Positions 10,490-20,898 of a stretch of DNA of 64,000 nucleotides are shown here, piece by piece (positions within the stretch are counted from its first letter, which is position 1; the number at the start of each line of letters is the position of its first letter). The DNA comes from Stappiaceae bacterium. GTDB taxonomy: Bacteria; Pseudomonadota; Alphaproteobacteria; Rhizobiales; Stappiaceae. Position numbers and translations under genes: made by a program. The notes below the pieces were generated by a model that saw only the letters and a program-made list of their open reading frames with translations, had not been told where the DNA came from and ran no database searches. The stretch is taken from NCBI GenBank assembly GCA_965275915.1, contig CBDHYI010000006.1, positions 491,176 through 555,175 on the forward strand, in the 5' to 3' direction.

Positions 10490-10522
10490 GCCGCTGCGGA
10501 AATTCCGGGCGGCTTTGTTGTT
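10490..10522 (+). terminator. trp attenuator terminator hairpin plus U-tract
   Basis: GCCGCU(G)CGGA-aau-UCCG-GGCGGC stem at 10490-10513, followed by TTTGTTGTT at 10514-10522. The 5' arm GGCCGC (10489-10494) can alternatively pair with GCGGCC (10447-10452), just after the leader stop, which would act as an antiterminator. Confidence 0.6.
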
Positions 10523-10568
10523 ACTGGCTCCCGCAGGTTACGCAGGTTACGATTAAGGAAAAGATCAG

Positions 10569-12758
10569 ATGGCGAATTTGGCGGACCAGCGCTTTGTGAC
10601 ATCCGGCGGTATCGAGGTTGTCCGCCGTGCGCGGAACTCCGACTATGAAGCGGGAACCGAGGCTTGGACCGACCGGCTCGACCGGACACGGGGTGCGGTG
10701 TTTTCGTCCAACTACGAATACCCTGGTCGCTATACACGCTGGGATACCGCTATTGCCAATCCGCCGCTGATGTTTTCATCCAACGGTTCCTCGGTGAAGA
10801 TTGAAGCCTTGAACGCGCGCGGCCGACTGCTTGTTCAGGCCATCGGACCGGTATTGAACAACCTTGAAGGTATCGAAGGCCTGCAAACGTCGGATGATGG
10901 GATCAATCTGACAATCGCGCCGTCGGAACGGTCTTTCACTGAAGAAGAACGGTCCCGGCAGCCGTCCGTTTTCCTCGTTATTCGGACACTGATCGATCTG
11001 TTTGCATGCGATGATCCGAATCTCGGCCTTTATGGAGCTTTCGGTTACGATGTAGCGTTTCAGTTCGAGCCGATTGAACAAAAGATCGTCCGTCCGGACG
11101 ATCAGCGCGACATTGTGCTGTTTTTGCCCGATGAAGTGCTGGTGGTTGACCATCACGCCCGGCGGGCCACGGTCTATGAGTATGAGTTTATCGTCGACGG
11201 GAAATCGACTATGGACCTGTCCTCAAAAAGCGAGCCGACGCCGTTCATGGCCGCCAATCACGATCCCGGAAGAGGCGATCATAAGCCGGGAGAATATGCC
11301 GCGCTTGTCAAAGAAGCAATTGAGTATTTCAAACGCGGCGATCTGTTCGAAGTGGTGCCCGGGCAGACGTTTACAGAGCGATGCACTGCACACCCCTCTG
11401 CCATCAGCCGTCTGTTGAAAGATATCAACCCCTCCCCGTATTCGTTTTTTATCAATCTTGGCGACAACGAGTTTCTCGTCGGAGCATCCCCGGAGATGTA
11501 TGTCCGGGTCACGGGCGGCCGTCGGGTGGAGACCTGCCCGATCTCCGGAACGATCCGTCGCGGCAAAAACGCGATTGAGGATGAGGCGCAGATCCGTAAA
11601 CTGTTGAATTCCGCCAAGGACGAGGCGGAACTCACCATGTGTTCGGACGTGGACCGCAACGACAAGAGCCGTATTTGCGAACCGGGCTCCGTGCGGGTTA
11701 TCGGGCGCCGTCAGATCGAAATGTACTCCCGCCTGATCCATACTGTCGATCATATCGAGGCCATCCTCAGAGAGGACATGGACGCGCTGGATGCGTTTCT
11801 TTCCCATACCTGGGCGGTGACTGTCACCGGCGCGCCCAAACGCTGGGCGATGCAGTTTATTGAAGACCATGAGAAAAGTCCGCGCGCCTGGTATGGCGGT
11901 GCGATTGGCATGATCCACTTTAATGGCGACCTGAACACCGGCCTGACGTTGAGAACGGTCCGTATCAAAAACGGCATCGCTGAAATTCGCGCAGGAGCAA
12001 CGCTTCTTTATGACAGTGTTCCGGAAGATGAAGAAGCGGAGACGGAACTGAAGGCCTCGGCCATGATCGAAGCGGTCCGCAAGGCGGGTACGGTTGAAGA
12101 GCGGGCCGAAGACACGGAAAACCTTCATGTGGGCAAAGGCGTCAAAATCCTCCTGATCGACCATGAGGACAGCTTTGTACACACACTGGCCAACTATTTC
12201 CGTCAGACCGGGGCAGAGGTGGTCACCTATCGCTCGCCGGTGAGTGACGCTTTGTTTGACGACGTCGCACCGGACCTGGTTGTGTTGTCTCCCGGTCCCG
12301 GCCGCCCGGCGGACTTTGACTGTGCGGCGACAATCGGACGGGCACGGGCAAGAGGGTTGCCGATCTTCGGGGTTTGCCTCGGATTACAGGCCCTCTGCGA
12401 GTCCTTCGGCGGTACTTTGGGACAACTGGATGTGCCCGTTCACGGAAAACCGTCTCCTGTCACTTTCGACGCGGACAGTCCACTGTTTGACGGTCTTCAG
12501 TCTCCTGTCACAACAGGCCGCTATCACTCTCTTTACGCCCGGCCGGATCTTGTGCCCTCCGGATTGCGCGTAACGGCGAAGACGGAAGACGGCGTGCCCA
12601 TGGCAATCGAGCATGTGTCCGAGCCGATTGCCGCTGTTCAGTTCCATCCTGAATCGATTATGTCGCTTGATCAGGAAGCGGGGCACCGGATCATCGCAAA
12701 CGTGGTGGAAAAACTGGCACGCCGCAGCAATCACGATGCTTTAAGGGCAACGGCCTGA
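10569..12758 (+). CDS. trpE: Anthranilate synthase, fused component I/II (TrpE-TrpG)
   Basis: 729 aa with an N-terminal chorismate-binding TrpE part and a C-terminal glutamine amidotransferase ([14 protein letters not shown]). The fused TrpE(G) architecture is typical of rhizobia. Confidence 0.95.
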   Translation: MANLADQRFVTSGGIEVVRRARNSDYEAGTEAWTDRLDRTRGAVFSSNYEYPGRYTRWDTAIANPPLMFSSNGSSVKIEALNARGRLLVQAIGPVLNNLEGIEGLQTSDDGINLTIAPSERSFTEEERSRQPSVFLVIRTLIDLFACDDPNLGLYGAFGYDVAFQFEPIEQKIVRPDDQRDIVLFLPDEVLVVDHHARRATVYEYEFIVDGKSTMDLSSKSEPTPFMAANHDPGRGDHKPGEYAALVKEAIEYFKRGDLFEVVPGQTFTERCTAHPSAISRLLKDINPSPYSFFINLGDNEFLVGASPEMYVRVTGGRRVETCPISGTIRRGKNAIEDEAQIRKLLNSAKDEAELTMCSDVDRNDKSRICEPGSVRVIGRRQIEMYSRLIHTVDHIEAILREDMDALDAFLSHTWAVTVTGAPKRWAMQFIEDHEKSPRAWYGGAIGMIHFNGDLNTGLTLRTVRIKNGIAEIRAGATLLYDSVPEDEEAETELKASAMIEAVRKAGTVEERAEDTENLHVGKGVKILLIDHEDSFVHTLANYFRQTGAEVVTYRSPVSDALFDDVAPDLVVLSPGPGRPADFDCAATIGRARARGLPIFGVCLGLQALCESFGGTLGQLDVPVHGKPSPVTFDADSPLFDGLQSPVTTGRYHSLYARPDLVPSGLRVTAKTEDGVPMAIEHVSEPIAAVQFHPESIMSLDQEAGHRIIANVVEKLARRSNHDALRATA

Positions 12759-12768
12759 TTGCAGGCAT

Positions 12769-13536
12769 TTATCGCGGCGCCATGCGGATCGCGCCGTCAA
12801 GGCGGATTGTTTCCCCATTCAGCATTTCATTGCGGATGATATGCTCGACAAGCTCGGCATACTCAATGGCTCGGCCAAGTCGGGACGGAAACGGAACCTG
12901 TTGGCCCAATGACTGCTGCACCTCGTCCGGAAGCGCCTTCACCATCGGAGTTTCGAACAGGCCGGGAGCAATCGTCATCACCCGGATCCCGATCCTGGAC
13001 AGATCGCGTGCGACAGGCAACGTTAGAGAGGCGACGCCGCCCTTGGAAGCGGCGTATGCTGCCTGTCCCATCTGGCCGTCAAACGCTGCGACGGAGGCAG
13101 TGGAAATCATGACCCCGCGCTCGCCGTCGTCTGAAACGGGTTCAAGTTCGGCGATTCCGGTCGCGGCAAGTGCCATGCAGCGAAATGTGCCGACCAGATT
13201 GACGTTGACCACGTTCTCAAACACATCGAGCGGGTGCGGCTGTCCCTTCGATGTTGTCTTTGAAGCAGGAGCAATTCCCGCGCAATTCACCAGAATGCGT
13301 TCCTGCCCGTTATAGACGCGGGCCTTTGCGAAACCTTCTTCAACACTCTTGTTGTCCGATACATCAACCGTGCAGCAGACCCCGCCAATCTCCGAGGCAA
13401 TTTCCCGGCCCCGATCCTCATTCATGTCGAAAAGAGCGACCTTGACACCGTGCGCGGCCAGGGCGCGTGCTGTTGCTTCTCCCAGACCTGACGCCCCACC
13501 TGTCACAATCGCTGAAACGGTTTCATCCAAACGCAT
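12769..13536 (-). CDS. Short-chain dehydrogenase/reductase (3-hydroxyacyl-CoA dehydrogenase type-2-like)
   Basis: 255 aa with the TGGASGLG cofactor motif and the YAASK catalytic motif. Confidence 0.85.
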   Translation of the reverse strand: MRLDETVSAIVTGGASGLGEATARALAAHGVKVALFDMNEDRGREIASEIGGVCCTVDVSDNKSVEEGFAKARVYNGQERILVNCAGIAPASKTTSKGQPHPLDVFENVVNVNLVGTFRCMALAATGIAELEPVSDDGERGVMISTASVAAFDGQMGQAAYAASKGGVASLTLPVARDLSRIGIRVMTIAPGLFETPMVKALPDEVQQSLGQQVPFPSRLGRAIEYAELVEHIIRNEMLNGETIRLDGAIRMAPR

Positions 13537-13767
13537 CTGTTGCCTCCGATAAATTGGAATTCAGATTATCGGTGGCAGGTCCCTTCGAAAAGGTCAACAG
13601 CGTGTCCGCCTTACACCCATCCCGCAAAAGTTGGAGTCCTTTTGCAACAAGGATACGCGGTACAATGAAGGCCGGGGCATTTCACGCGATTTGTCAATCG
13701 CGAGAATTGCCTTGGCCGGCAATCAAAATGGCCGCGGTCAAATAAACCAAGATAAACAGAATGCGTT

Positions 13768-15249
13768 CTAAGTTGCGTCAACGCGCATAAGCGGCGCGAG
13801 ATCGACAAGATCAATCGGTTCAGGCGATCCTTCGACCATCACTCCGGGTATCGCCGCAAGACTCTCATCCCGATAGCCTTGTATATATGCGGTGTCGAAG
13901 CAGGATTGCGTCGTTAATGCGCATGTGCCCAGCGGTTTATTGGATTTTTCCAGTTTTGATGCGAGATTCACCGGATCGCCGATGACCGTGAATTCCAAAC
14001 GGTCTCCGGAGCCGACAACACCGACTGTGACCGGGCCACAGGCGACCGATGCGCCGATTCTGAAATCACCCGGCCAACCGTCCGTGTGAAAATCTCTTTG
14101 GCAGCTATCAACGGCAGCGATGATCTCCTGAGCCGCACGAAGGGCATCGGCGGCATAGGTTTCGCTCTTGCTGACCGCGCCGAACGTCGCCAGAATGCCA
14201 TCGCCGAGGAATTTGTCGATCCGCCCGCCGTTTCGCTGAATCACCGGAACAACGCACGTCTGATAACGGGCAAGCAGACACATAACCGTCTCGGGGCTGA
14301 GGCCGGCAGCGACGGATGTAAAGGAGCGGACATCGACCACCATAATGGCGGCTTCGCGCACATATCCCTCCCCGGCCGTCAGTTCCTGCTCCGCATCGGT
14401 GATCGATTGCGCCACCTCAGGCGCAAAGAAACGTTTCAGGTCCTCCGCCGCCGTGTGGTCGCGAATCGCATCGAAGAACGTCGCCCGTGCCCGGTAAATG
14501 GCAACGCTTAACAGACCGGTGACACCCAGAATAATAATCGTTTTGTCAAGTTCCGCTCCGATCAGGATGGCATTATTCGTCAGGTATTCCACATAGTTGC
14601 GGGTAATCCGCATCCCGTCCATGTCTGAGAAAATCGCATAGCTGACCAGACCGATCCATCCGACCGCTCCGACCAGTCCCGTCGCAATAATGAACCTTGG
14701 ATCAAATCGCAGCGCCCTGAGTGCAATGAACAAGAACACGTACATCAGGGTTGGAGTCTTCAGATAAAAAGTCGGGTGCTGATCATACTGGATGTGAAAT
14801 GAAAAGATGATCGCAACCAGAAGCAGGACGTCAACGACCACCGACATATACAGATACCAGTTGGGCAGTTCTATCCGATAGGACAGGACCAGGCGGATGA
14901 TCGTGAACAGAAAATAGGCGCCAAGGGCGAGCGGCACAAAGTTAAACCCTTCCGACCCTTCGGCTCTTGGCGCAAGCGAGTAAAGAACGGAGAAGAAAAT
15001 GACCAGCGAGAGCTGCACCCAACTGATCAGTTGTTCTGCCGAGGATTCCCGCTGCCGGATTTCCTCCTGAACCCGGGCCGGAAGACGCGTGACGGCTGCT
15101 CGGCTGCGCAACGATGCAAGCAGCCCTTTTTTCCGGCTCTCATCATTTGCAGACTTGTCCGGAGCGAGGGTGTGACCTGTCTCGTTGATATCGTTGCTTG
15201 CCATGGAAAACGTCTCTGAATCAACGGTCGTGACTTGGACTCTCATCAT
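13768..15249 (-). CDS. Membrane-anchored class III adenylate/guanylate cyclase
   Basis: The N-terminal half has about 6 hydrophobic helices. The C-terminal CYC domain carries VVDVRSFTSV and KFLGDGILATFGA. The exact start is uncertain because several in-frame Met codons occur. Confidence 0.85.
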   Translation of the reverse strand: MMRVQVTTVDSETFSMASNDINETGHTLAPDKSANDESRKKGLLASLRSRAAVTRLPARVQEEIRQRESSAEQLISWVQLSLVIFFSVLYSLAPRAEGSEGFNFVPLALGAYFLFTIIRLVLSYRIELPNWYLYMSVVVDVLLLVAIIFSFHIQYDQHPTFYLKTPTLMYVFLFIALRALRFDPRFIIATGLVGAVGWIGLVSYAIFSDMDGMRITRNYVEYLTNNAILIGAELDKTIIILGVTGLLSVAIYRARATFFDAIRDHTAAEDLKRFFAPEVAQSITDAEQELTAGEGYVREAAIMVVDVRSFTSVAAGLSPETVMCLLARYQTCVVPVIQRNGGRIDKFLGDGILATFGAVSKSETYAADALRAAQEIIAAVDSCQRDFHTDGWPGDFRIGASVACGPVTVGVVGSGDRLEFTVIGDPVNLASKLEKSNKPLGTCALTTQSCFDTAYIQGYRDESLAAIPGVMVEGSPEPIDLVDLAPLMRVDAT

Positions 15250-15358
15250 AGGATAGTCCGGCCGATCAAGATTTAAATACCTAAACTTCGACGGTTACGC
15301 AGGGTTGATAAAGACTCAAACAATCATCACGGATTGAGGACTTTGCTGTGATGGTCCT

Positions 15359-16183
15359 TTACGGCGCCAGCACCATGCCTTCGTGGGCCATAACACTGCC
15401 CGGGTGCATTGCTTCGGCCAAATCGGCGATCTCATCGAGCATATCGTCGGTTCGGCTCGGGTCGTGATGGGTAATGACCGGCACTTTCACGCTGGCTTTG
15501 TTGGCGAGCCGGATGCCGGCCTGCCACGTCGAGTGCCCCCAACCGGCATAACTCCAATATTCATCGTCCGTGAACATGCCGTCATAAACCATGATGTCGG
15601 TGCCTTGAACGAACTTTTCGATGGCCGCGTCAATGACCGGGTTTCCATGTTCATGATCGGTGATCAGGCAGATTGTTTTCCCGTTAAATGTAAATTTGTA
15701 CCCGCAACACCCCCCCGGATGATTGAGTGGCAAGGTCTCGATCTTCAGCCCGCCGGGGTCATCGAACGTGGTGCCGATCTTGAAGTTCAGGAAATTCAAA
15801 GCCCTGAGTTTATCGATTGCAAGCGGGAAAACAGGCGGCGCCATCAGATTGCCGATCACCTCTGACAATAGCGTGTCATCAAGAAAGTGTGACGCATGGC
15901 ATCGGATCCGGAACGTTCCGTCATAGGCAGGACAAAAAAACGGCATGCCGCAAATGTGATCAAGATGGGTATGTGTGAAATAAAGGTCGAGATCGCGCGG
16001 GCCCCGCTCTGCCAGTGAATTGCCCGCTTTTCGGGCTCCCGAACCGCAGTCGATCATCAAAAGGCGATCCCCTGCTCCGATTTCAAAACATGTCGTTTCA
16101 CCGCCGTAACGAACCGTGTCCGGGCCCGGCGCCGGCGTCGAACCCCGGACACCCCAGAAACGAATGTAAAAATCGGGCGTCAC
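15359..16183 (-). CDS. MBL-fold metallo-hydrolase (possible cyclic-nucleotide phosphodiesterase, inferred from context)
   Basis: 274 aa with the THTHLDHICG metal-binding motif. It lies 12 bp downstream of the cNMP-binding protein gene. Confidence 0.8.
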   Translation of the reverse strand: MTPDFYIRFWGVRGSTPAPGPDTVRYGGETTCFEIGAGDRLLMIDCGSGARKAGNSLAERGPRDLDLYFTHTHLDHICGMPFFCPAYDGTFRIRCHASHFLDDTLLSEVIGNLMAPPVFPLAIDKLRALNFLNFKIGTTFDDPGGLKIETLPLNHPGGCCGYKFTFNGKTICLITDHEHGNPVIDAAIEKFVQGTDIMVYDGMFTDDEYWSYAGWGHSTWQAGIRLANKASVKVPVITHHDPSRTDDMLDEIADLAEAMHPGSVMAHEGMVLAP

Positions 16184-16195
16184 CTGGTCGCGCCC

Positions 16196-16663
16196 TCACC
16201 CGTTACCGTTTTTTGGCAGGGAAGCGCGCACTTCGGCCAAATCGCGGGTTGTCTTCTCGAGACGGTGGGCGAGCACGCGCATAACTTCAAGTGCCATCTC
16301 AGGAAATTCTTGTAACAATTTCAAAAAATTGTCTTTTGAAACGGTTAGCACATCCATATCTGAGGTTGCAACAACAGCAGCTGTGCGGGGGACATCGCAC
16401 AAAATTGCAATTTCTCCGACAATGTCGTTCGCCCCCACGGCGGCCACGGTCCGTTCCCCCTGATCGGTGTTGACGCGGACGTCTGCATTGCCCTCAAGAA
16501 TAATGAAGGCGCTGTCTCCAGGTTCTCCCTGGCTACAAAGCCGTTCCTCGGCCTCATAGGTCATCCGCTCGCTGATAAAGGCCAGCAACCGCAGTTTTCC
16601 CGGCTCTATCCCGTGAAATAGTGGAACCTGCCTGAGTGCTTCCACTTCCGCTTCCAACGTCAC
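16196..16663 (-). CDS. Stand-alone cyclic nucleotide-binding (CAP-effector) domain protein with no output domain
   Basis: 155 aa. FIILEGNADV and the phosphate-binding cassette GEIAILCDVPRTAAVVA are present. No HTH or other domain follows. Confidence 0.85.
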   Translation of the reverse strand: MTLEAEVEALRQVPLFHGIEPGKLRLLAFISERMTYEAEERLCSQGEPGDSAFIILEGNADVRVNTDQGERTVAAVGANDIVGEIAILCDVPRTAAVVATSDMDVLTVSKDNFLKLLQEFPEMALEVMRVLAHRLEKTTRDLAEVRASLPKNGNG

Positions 16664-16726
16664 GTCATATTCTCCCGCCCTGCCTGGATGACACCTGTCC
16701 CGTTTGGACCCCCGGGTGTTCGTTGT

Positions 16727-19306
16727 TCAGGTATTTGTTCTGTTTTCGGCAATTTTGCCGCCTTTCATTACCACAATATGTGGGAATTCTTCCGCAATTG
16801 ACAAATGTGCGGTGCCGAAGATCAGTATCCCCTCACCGATCGTTTTGCGAATAATCTCCCTCAATTGTTTGTCTTCGTCACTGGCGCTTGTCGCAACCTC
16901 GTCAAGAACAAGATATTTCGGTCGTTTAATCAAGACGCGAACCAGAGCAATTTTCCGGCGCTGACCGGTCGACAGACGGGAGCCCTGGACACCGACGTCA
17001 AATTCGAGTCCGGCCATCAGAATCGGCTGTCGCAGTTGCTGCTCAAGCACGATGTTGCCGATAAGTTTATCAATCCGCTCGCGGCTGTCACGGCGGTCCA
17101 CACGGGCCCGGCCGAACAGAAGATTGTCCTCGATCGATAAAGGCGGCATGTAAACGTTGGCGTCAAACAGAACAAACCGTCCGTCTGCAGTTCCCACTTC
17201 CTTATGGAAACGGTGTCGCGCCGCGACGATTTCCCGCTCGATATCCTCAGTGATAACGCCCAGACGATGCCTGGCCGGAATCAGTTTAAAGGCGAGACCG
17301 ACGAGTCTTGCCTTATCGTCTTTGCTCAGCCCTTCGGAGCCGCTCGCCATGGAGGCTTTTCTCAACAGTGCTTCATATTCAGGCACTTCTTCAGCCGACA
17401 TAAAGGAGAAATTGCCCAAAAGGCTCGAGTCGGCGCTGATGTTGGAAAAGAGGTCGACCATGGTGTCGGCAATCTTCAAACCGATTTCCGACAGACGGTC
17501 CTGAAGACCGGAGCTTATGAGAAATTCCTGAACGACCGGATCTTCCGGAATCCGATCGATATCCACTTCCGGATCGGCGGGAGCCGCGAACAGCAGATTT
17601 TCCGCAACGGTTGCGCTCCGGTTGAAGCGATCCATGTCCCAGAGTTCGACCAGGTCCTGAACTTTCTTGTCGCTGGCCACCTTATCGGCGATCGCGCGTC
17701 GTGCGGCCAGTATCCGGTCAGCCAGTTCGCCATCGTTGGCGGTATCGAGCTTGGACTGCAGACCCATTCGATAGATATCCATGCTCATGCCGACGGCATC
17801 GACCAGTTCAAGTGCTCTGTCGGCGAGTTCATCCGCGGAGCTCACGCCGGCTTCTTCGAAATTATCCCATACTCCGCCAATATCGAATTCGGTGTTGGCC
17901 GTCAGATGGGCTTCATGAACCCTCTGCTTGTCGTCATCGGAGCTGTCATCGGAAACGACGGGCCGGTGCCGCAGGCCGTAGTAGAGATTGTCCCGGATAG
18001 TGCCTGTGAAAATATGCGATGAAGGACCCGCGTAGGCGATTGTCCGCCCGAGCGTTGCCTCAGGGAGGCTTTCAAGGTTGAACTCACCGATTTCCACCCG
18101 CCCTGAATCAGGCGCCAAAAGACCCGCCGCAAGCTGCAAAAACTCGCTGCGGCCGGATGCATCATCTCCGGTAACAGCCCATTGTTCCCCAAAGGGAACT
18201 TCCGTAGTGATTGTAAACACTTCCTGGCCGGCGGAGCCGCTTGAAAAATTAACGCCGGAAAATCTGAGATTGCCCTTCAAATCCATGAGTTCGTCGGACG
18301 AGATCCGCTCGACCGGATAGATATCCGGCGGGTCGAAATTCTCGACAACGGTTTGGTATTTGACCTGAACATCGGCCAGCACCTGATAGTAGGCCAACAG
18401 CTCCTTCCAGGGGCCGGCGAGATCCTTGTAGGCGGCCAGCACCGCCACCAGCGCGCCAAAACTCAATTCGCCTTGAATCACCAGGTAGCCGCCAATCAGA
18501 TAAAACAGGAACGGCGTCAGCTGGTTCATGAAATTGTTGATGAATTTGATCATGAACTTCCGCTTGAAGATGTCCAAACGGATCTGGTAGTTCTCATAAA
18601 GGCGGTTTGACAGATCAGCCTGATGATAGGCTGAGGTGTCGTTGGCATGGATCTCTACGACGCCGGAAATCCCCTCTCCGACCTTGTCTGCGATCTTCCG
18701 CACATTCTGAACCCGTTGCCTTGAAAGCCGGATGACCTTCTTCTGCAGTTTCGGAATGATGTAGCCCTGTAGCGGGTAGAGCGAGATCGCAGCGAGTCCC
18801 AACAGCGGATCCTGCATAAAAATGAAGACGATATAAACAAGCAGCGTGCCGCCCTGAAAGGCAGGCAAGGCTATCGCGCCGCCGATAAACGGTCCCAGAT
18901 CCTCGACTTCGGCCGTGATCATCGGAATGATTTCGCCCGAGCTTACCCTGCGAAACTGCGGCAGACGAAACCTCAGTACCCGCTGGAACAGATCGTATCG
19001 CAAGCGCCGCAACATCCGCTCGCCCAGGCGGCCCTTGTAAACATTCAGGACATACTTGATGCCGTTATTGATGATAACGAGGGTCAGAAACGCAAAACAG
19101 AGCAACAGCAGATAGTTGATCTGCCCGAATTCCAGGCCCAGAAGCTCGCGCGGGAAGCCCTGCCCGTCGATGGCGTCATTGACGATCAGTTTCGGTAATT
19201 CAAGCGTGTAATAAAGTAGCGGAAACGACAGGACCGTAATCAAAAGGATCACGAGTTGTTGCCGTTTTGTGTATTTCCAAATGAATCGGAAAAGGGTTTT
19301 ATCCAT
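16727..19306 (-). CDS. ABC exporter-type fused TMD-NBD protein with degenerate Walker A / Q-loop and a large insertion in the NBD
   Basis: 859 aa with an N-terminal 6-helix ABC_membrane-like domain. Walker A reads GDDASGRS. LSTGQ, YLVLDE and GTAHL are present. About 390 aa separate Walker A from the signature motif. Confidence 0.85.
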   Translation of the reverse strand: MDKTLFRFIWKYTKRQQLVILLITVLSFPLLYYTLELPKLIVNDAIDGQGFPRELLGLEFGQINYLLLLCFAFLTLVIINNGIKYVLNVYKGRLGERMLRRLRYDLFQRVLRFRLPQFRRVSSGEIIPMITAEVEDLGPFIGGAIALPAFQGGTLLVYIVFIFMQDPLLGLAAISLYPLQGYIIPKLQKKVIRLSRQRVQNVRKIADKVGEGISGVVEIHANDTSAYHQADLSNRLYENYQIRLDIFKRKFMIKFINNFMNQLTPFLFYLIGGYLVIQGELSFGALVAVLAAYKDLAGPWKELLAYYQVLADVQVKYQTVVENFDPPDIYPVERISSDELMDLKGNLRFSGVNFSSGSAGQEVFTITTEVPFGEQWAVTGDDASGRSEFLQLAAGLLAPDSGRVEIGEFNLESLPEATLGRTIAYAGPSSHIFTGTIRDNLYYGLRHRPVVSDDSSDDDKQRVHEAHLTANTEFDIGGVWDNFEEAGVSSADELADRALELVDAVGMSMDIYRMGLQSKLDTANDGELADRILAARRAIADKVASDKKVQDLVELWDMDRFNRSATVAENLLFAAPADPEVDIDRIPEDPVVQEFLISSGLQDRLSEIGLKIADTMVDLFSNISADSSLLGNFSFMSAEEVPEYEALLRKASMASGSEGLSKDDKARLVGLAFKLIPARHRLGVITEDIEREIVAARHRFHKEVGTADGRFVLFDANVYMPPLSIEDNLLFGRARVDRRDSRERIDKLIGNIVLEQQLRQPILMAGLEFDVGVQGSRLSTGQRRKIALVRVLIKRPKYLVLDEVATSASDEDKQLREIIRKTIGEGILIFGTAHLSIAEEFPHIVVMKGGKIAENRTNT

Positions 19307-19634
19307 ATGGCGGGTCCGGCTTACGCCCTTCTTATATAATTAAAAGACTCGTCTGGTATCTCGACAATAAAGTACATCGCATATTAACCTGCCGGCCAAA
19401 ATGTGCCATAGCAGTGCCTATTCTTAAACCGAGAGTCAAACTCAGTCATTCATCTGCACAAACGAACACGCCAATTTGCCCGGGAGCAAGTACAAATTTA
19501 TAGACTCACCGTTTTTAACGGACTGTGTGATCCGGTAGCCCGACAATTACCACAAAGATACACCAATTCAGCCGTCAGATGGATTGTCTGGCGCGCGCTG
19601 CGCACCTTTATCCCAAACGACACCCGGTAAAAGC
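19307..19634. promoter_or_regulatory. AT-rich divergent intergenic control region between the ABC/cNMP operon and the glycosyltransferase operon
   Basis: About 330 bp of non-coding, visibly AT-rich sequence between divergent start codons at 19306 (-) and 19635 (+). I could not define promoter hexamers with confidence. Confidence 0.5.
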
Positions 19635-20852
19635 ATGCCGCATCAAAAAACGAAAATTCTCATTTACAGCCACGACTCCTTCGGTCTGGGGCATCTCCGC
19701 AGATGCCAGACGATTGCGCATTCGCTTGTAGAGGAGTTTGCCGATCTTTCGATTCTGATTCTGTCCGGTTCGCCGATCATCGGCAGTTTTGACTTTCGCA
19801 GCCGGGTCGATTTTGTGCGTATTCCCGGCGTCATCAAACAGCGTAACGGCGAATATACCTCGCTGAGCCTGAGGATCGATATCCACGAAATCCTGGCAAT
19901 TCGCGAGTCGATCATTCGCCATACCGCACGGGTTTTTGATCCGGACATCTTTCTCGTTGACAAGGAGCCCACCGGGCTTCGTGGCGAGGTGCTCAGCACG
20001 CTCGAAATGCTGAAGCCAACCAGAACCCGTTTGATCCTCGGCCTTCGCGATGTGATGGATGACCCCGAACTGCTCGAAGAAGAGTGGGCGCGCAAAAATG
20101 TCGTGCCTGCGCTGAACGACCTTTATGACGAGATCTGGACTTACGGCCTCCCGGACATCTACGATCCGCTGAGCGGTCTTGATCTGCCTGACAGCATTGC
20201 GGAAAAAACAATGTTTTCAGGGTATCTGCGGCGCAAGGCTCCGGCCGGGAATGCACCGGCGATCGAAGAGCCTTTTGACCGGGACCCCTACATCCTCGTG
20301 ACGCCCGGCGGCGGCGGCGATGGTGTTGAGATGGTTGATTGGGTCATGCGTGCCTATGAAGCGCGCGACATTCCCCTTTTTCCGGCACTCATTGTACTTG
20401 GTCCGTTTATGCCGGCCGAGGCACAGGCCGACTTTCTGGCTCGCGCCGAGCATCTGCGCGATGTCGAGATCATTCGTTTCACACCGCATATTGAGCCTCT
20501 GATCGAAAATGCGGTGGCCATGGTTGCCATGGGTGGATACAACACGTTTTGTGAGATTCTTTCTTTTGACAAACCGACTTTGCTGATCCCGCGGGAGGTT
20601 CCGCGGCGCGAACAGTCGATCCGCGCCGCACAGGCCAAGGACGCCGGGCTTGTTCATGTCTTGCCGATTGAACGATATCCGGCGACAAAGCCGATGCTTC
20701 AGGCGCTTGCGGAACTCCCCAAGTTGCCGCCTCCCTCCCATGCAGGTCACGACGGCCTTCTCGATGGATTGACCGCGATCAACCGCCGAGTGGCGCAGAT
20801 CATCAGTGAAGATCAGGAACAGCAGATTGTGGCCGAACCGATATTCGCCTGA
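19635..20852 (+). CDS. Glycosyltransferase, GT28/MurG-like fold (COG4671-type)
   Basis: Preferred start ATG 19635 (MPHQKTKILIYSHDSFGLGHLRR). The GLGHLRR N-terminal motif and C-terminal GGYNT... are characteristic of this predicted GT family. Confidence 0.7.
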   Translation: MPHQKTKILIYSHDSFGLGHLRRCQTIAHSLVEEFADLSILILSGSPIIGSFDFRSRVDFVRIPGVIKQRNGEYTSLSLRIDIHEILAIRESIIRHTARVFDPDIFLVDKEPTGLRGEVLSTLEMLKPTRTRLILGLRDVMDDPELLEEEWARKNVVPALNDLYDEIWTYGLPDIYDPLSGLDLPDSIAEKTMFSGYLRRKAPAGNAPAIEEPFDRDPYILVTPGGGGDGVEMVDWVMRAYEARDIPLFPALIVLGPFMPAEAQADFLARAEHLRDVEIIRFTPHIEPLIENAVAMVAMGGYNTFCEILSFDKPTLLIPREVPRREQSIRAAQAKDAGLVHVLPIERYPATKPMLQALAELPKLPPPSHAGHDGLLDGLTAINRRVAQIISEDQEQQIVAEPIFA

Positions 20853-20898
20853 TATCTCCGAATTGCCTTTAATCATCCCGTGAGAGCCTCCTGATCAG

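Noticed and set aside
10532-10549. Tandem 9-mer CGCAGGTTA x2 just upstream of the trpE(G) RBS
   Set aside because: With only two copies it could be chance or a small duplication. I can support no known operator, so it is noted but not proposed as a site.
10427-10648. 73-aa ORF spanning the trp attenuator and the trpE(G) start
   Set aside because: It overlaps the leader stop, the terminator hairpin and the real trpE(G) start in another frame, and has no independent support.
13537-13767. Several 7-bp-stem palindromes (CCGATAA..TTATCGG, GCAAAAG..CTTTTGC, CGCGATT-TGTC-AATCGCG) between the cyclase and SDR genes
   Set aside because: They are short and lack U-tracts, and I could match them to no known operator consensus. 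They may be weak terminators or operators, but the evidence is insufficient.
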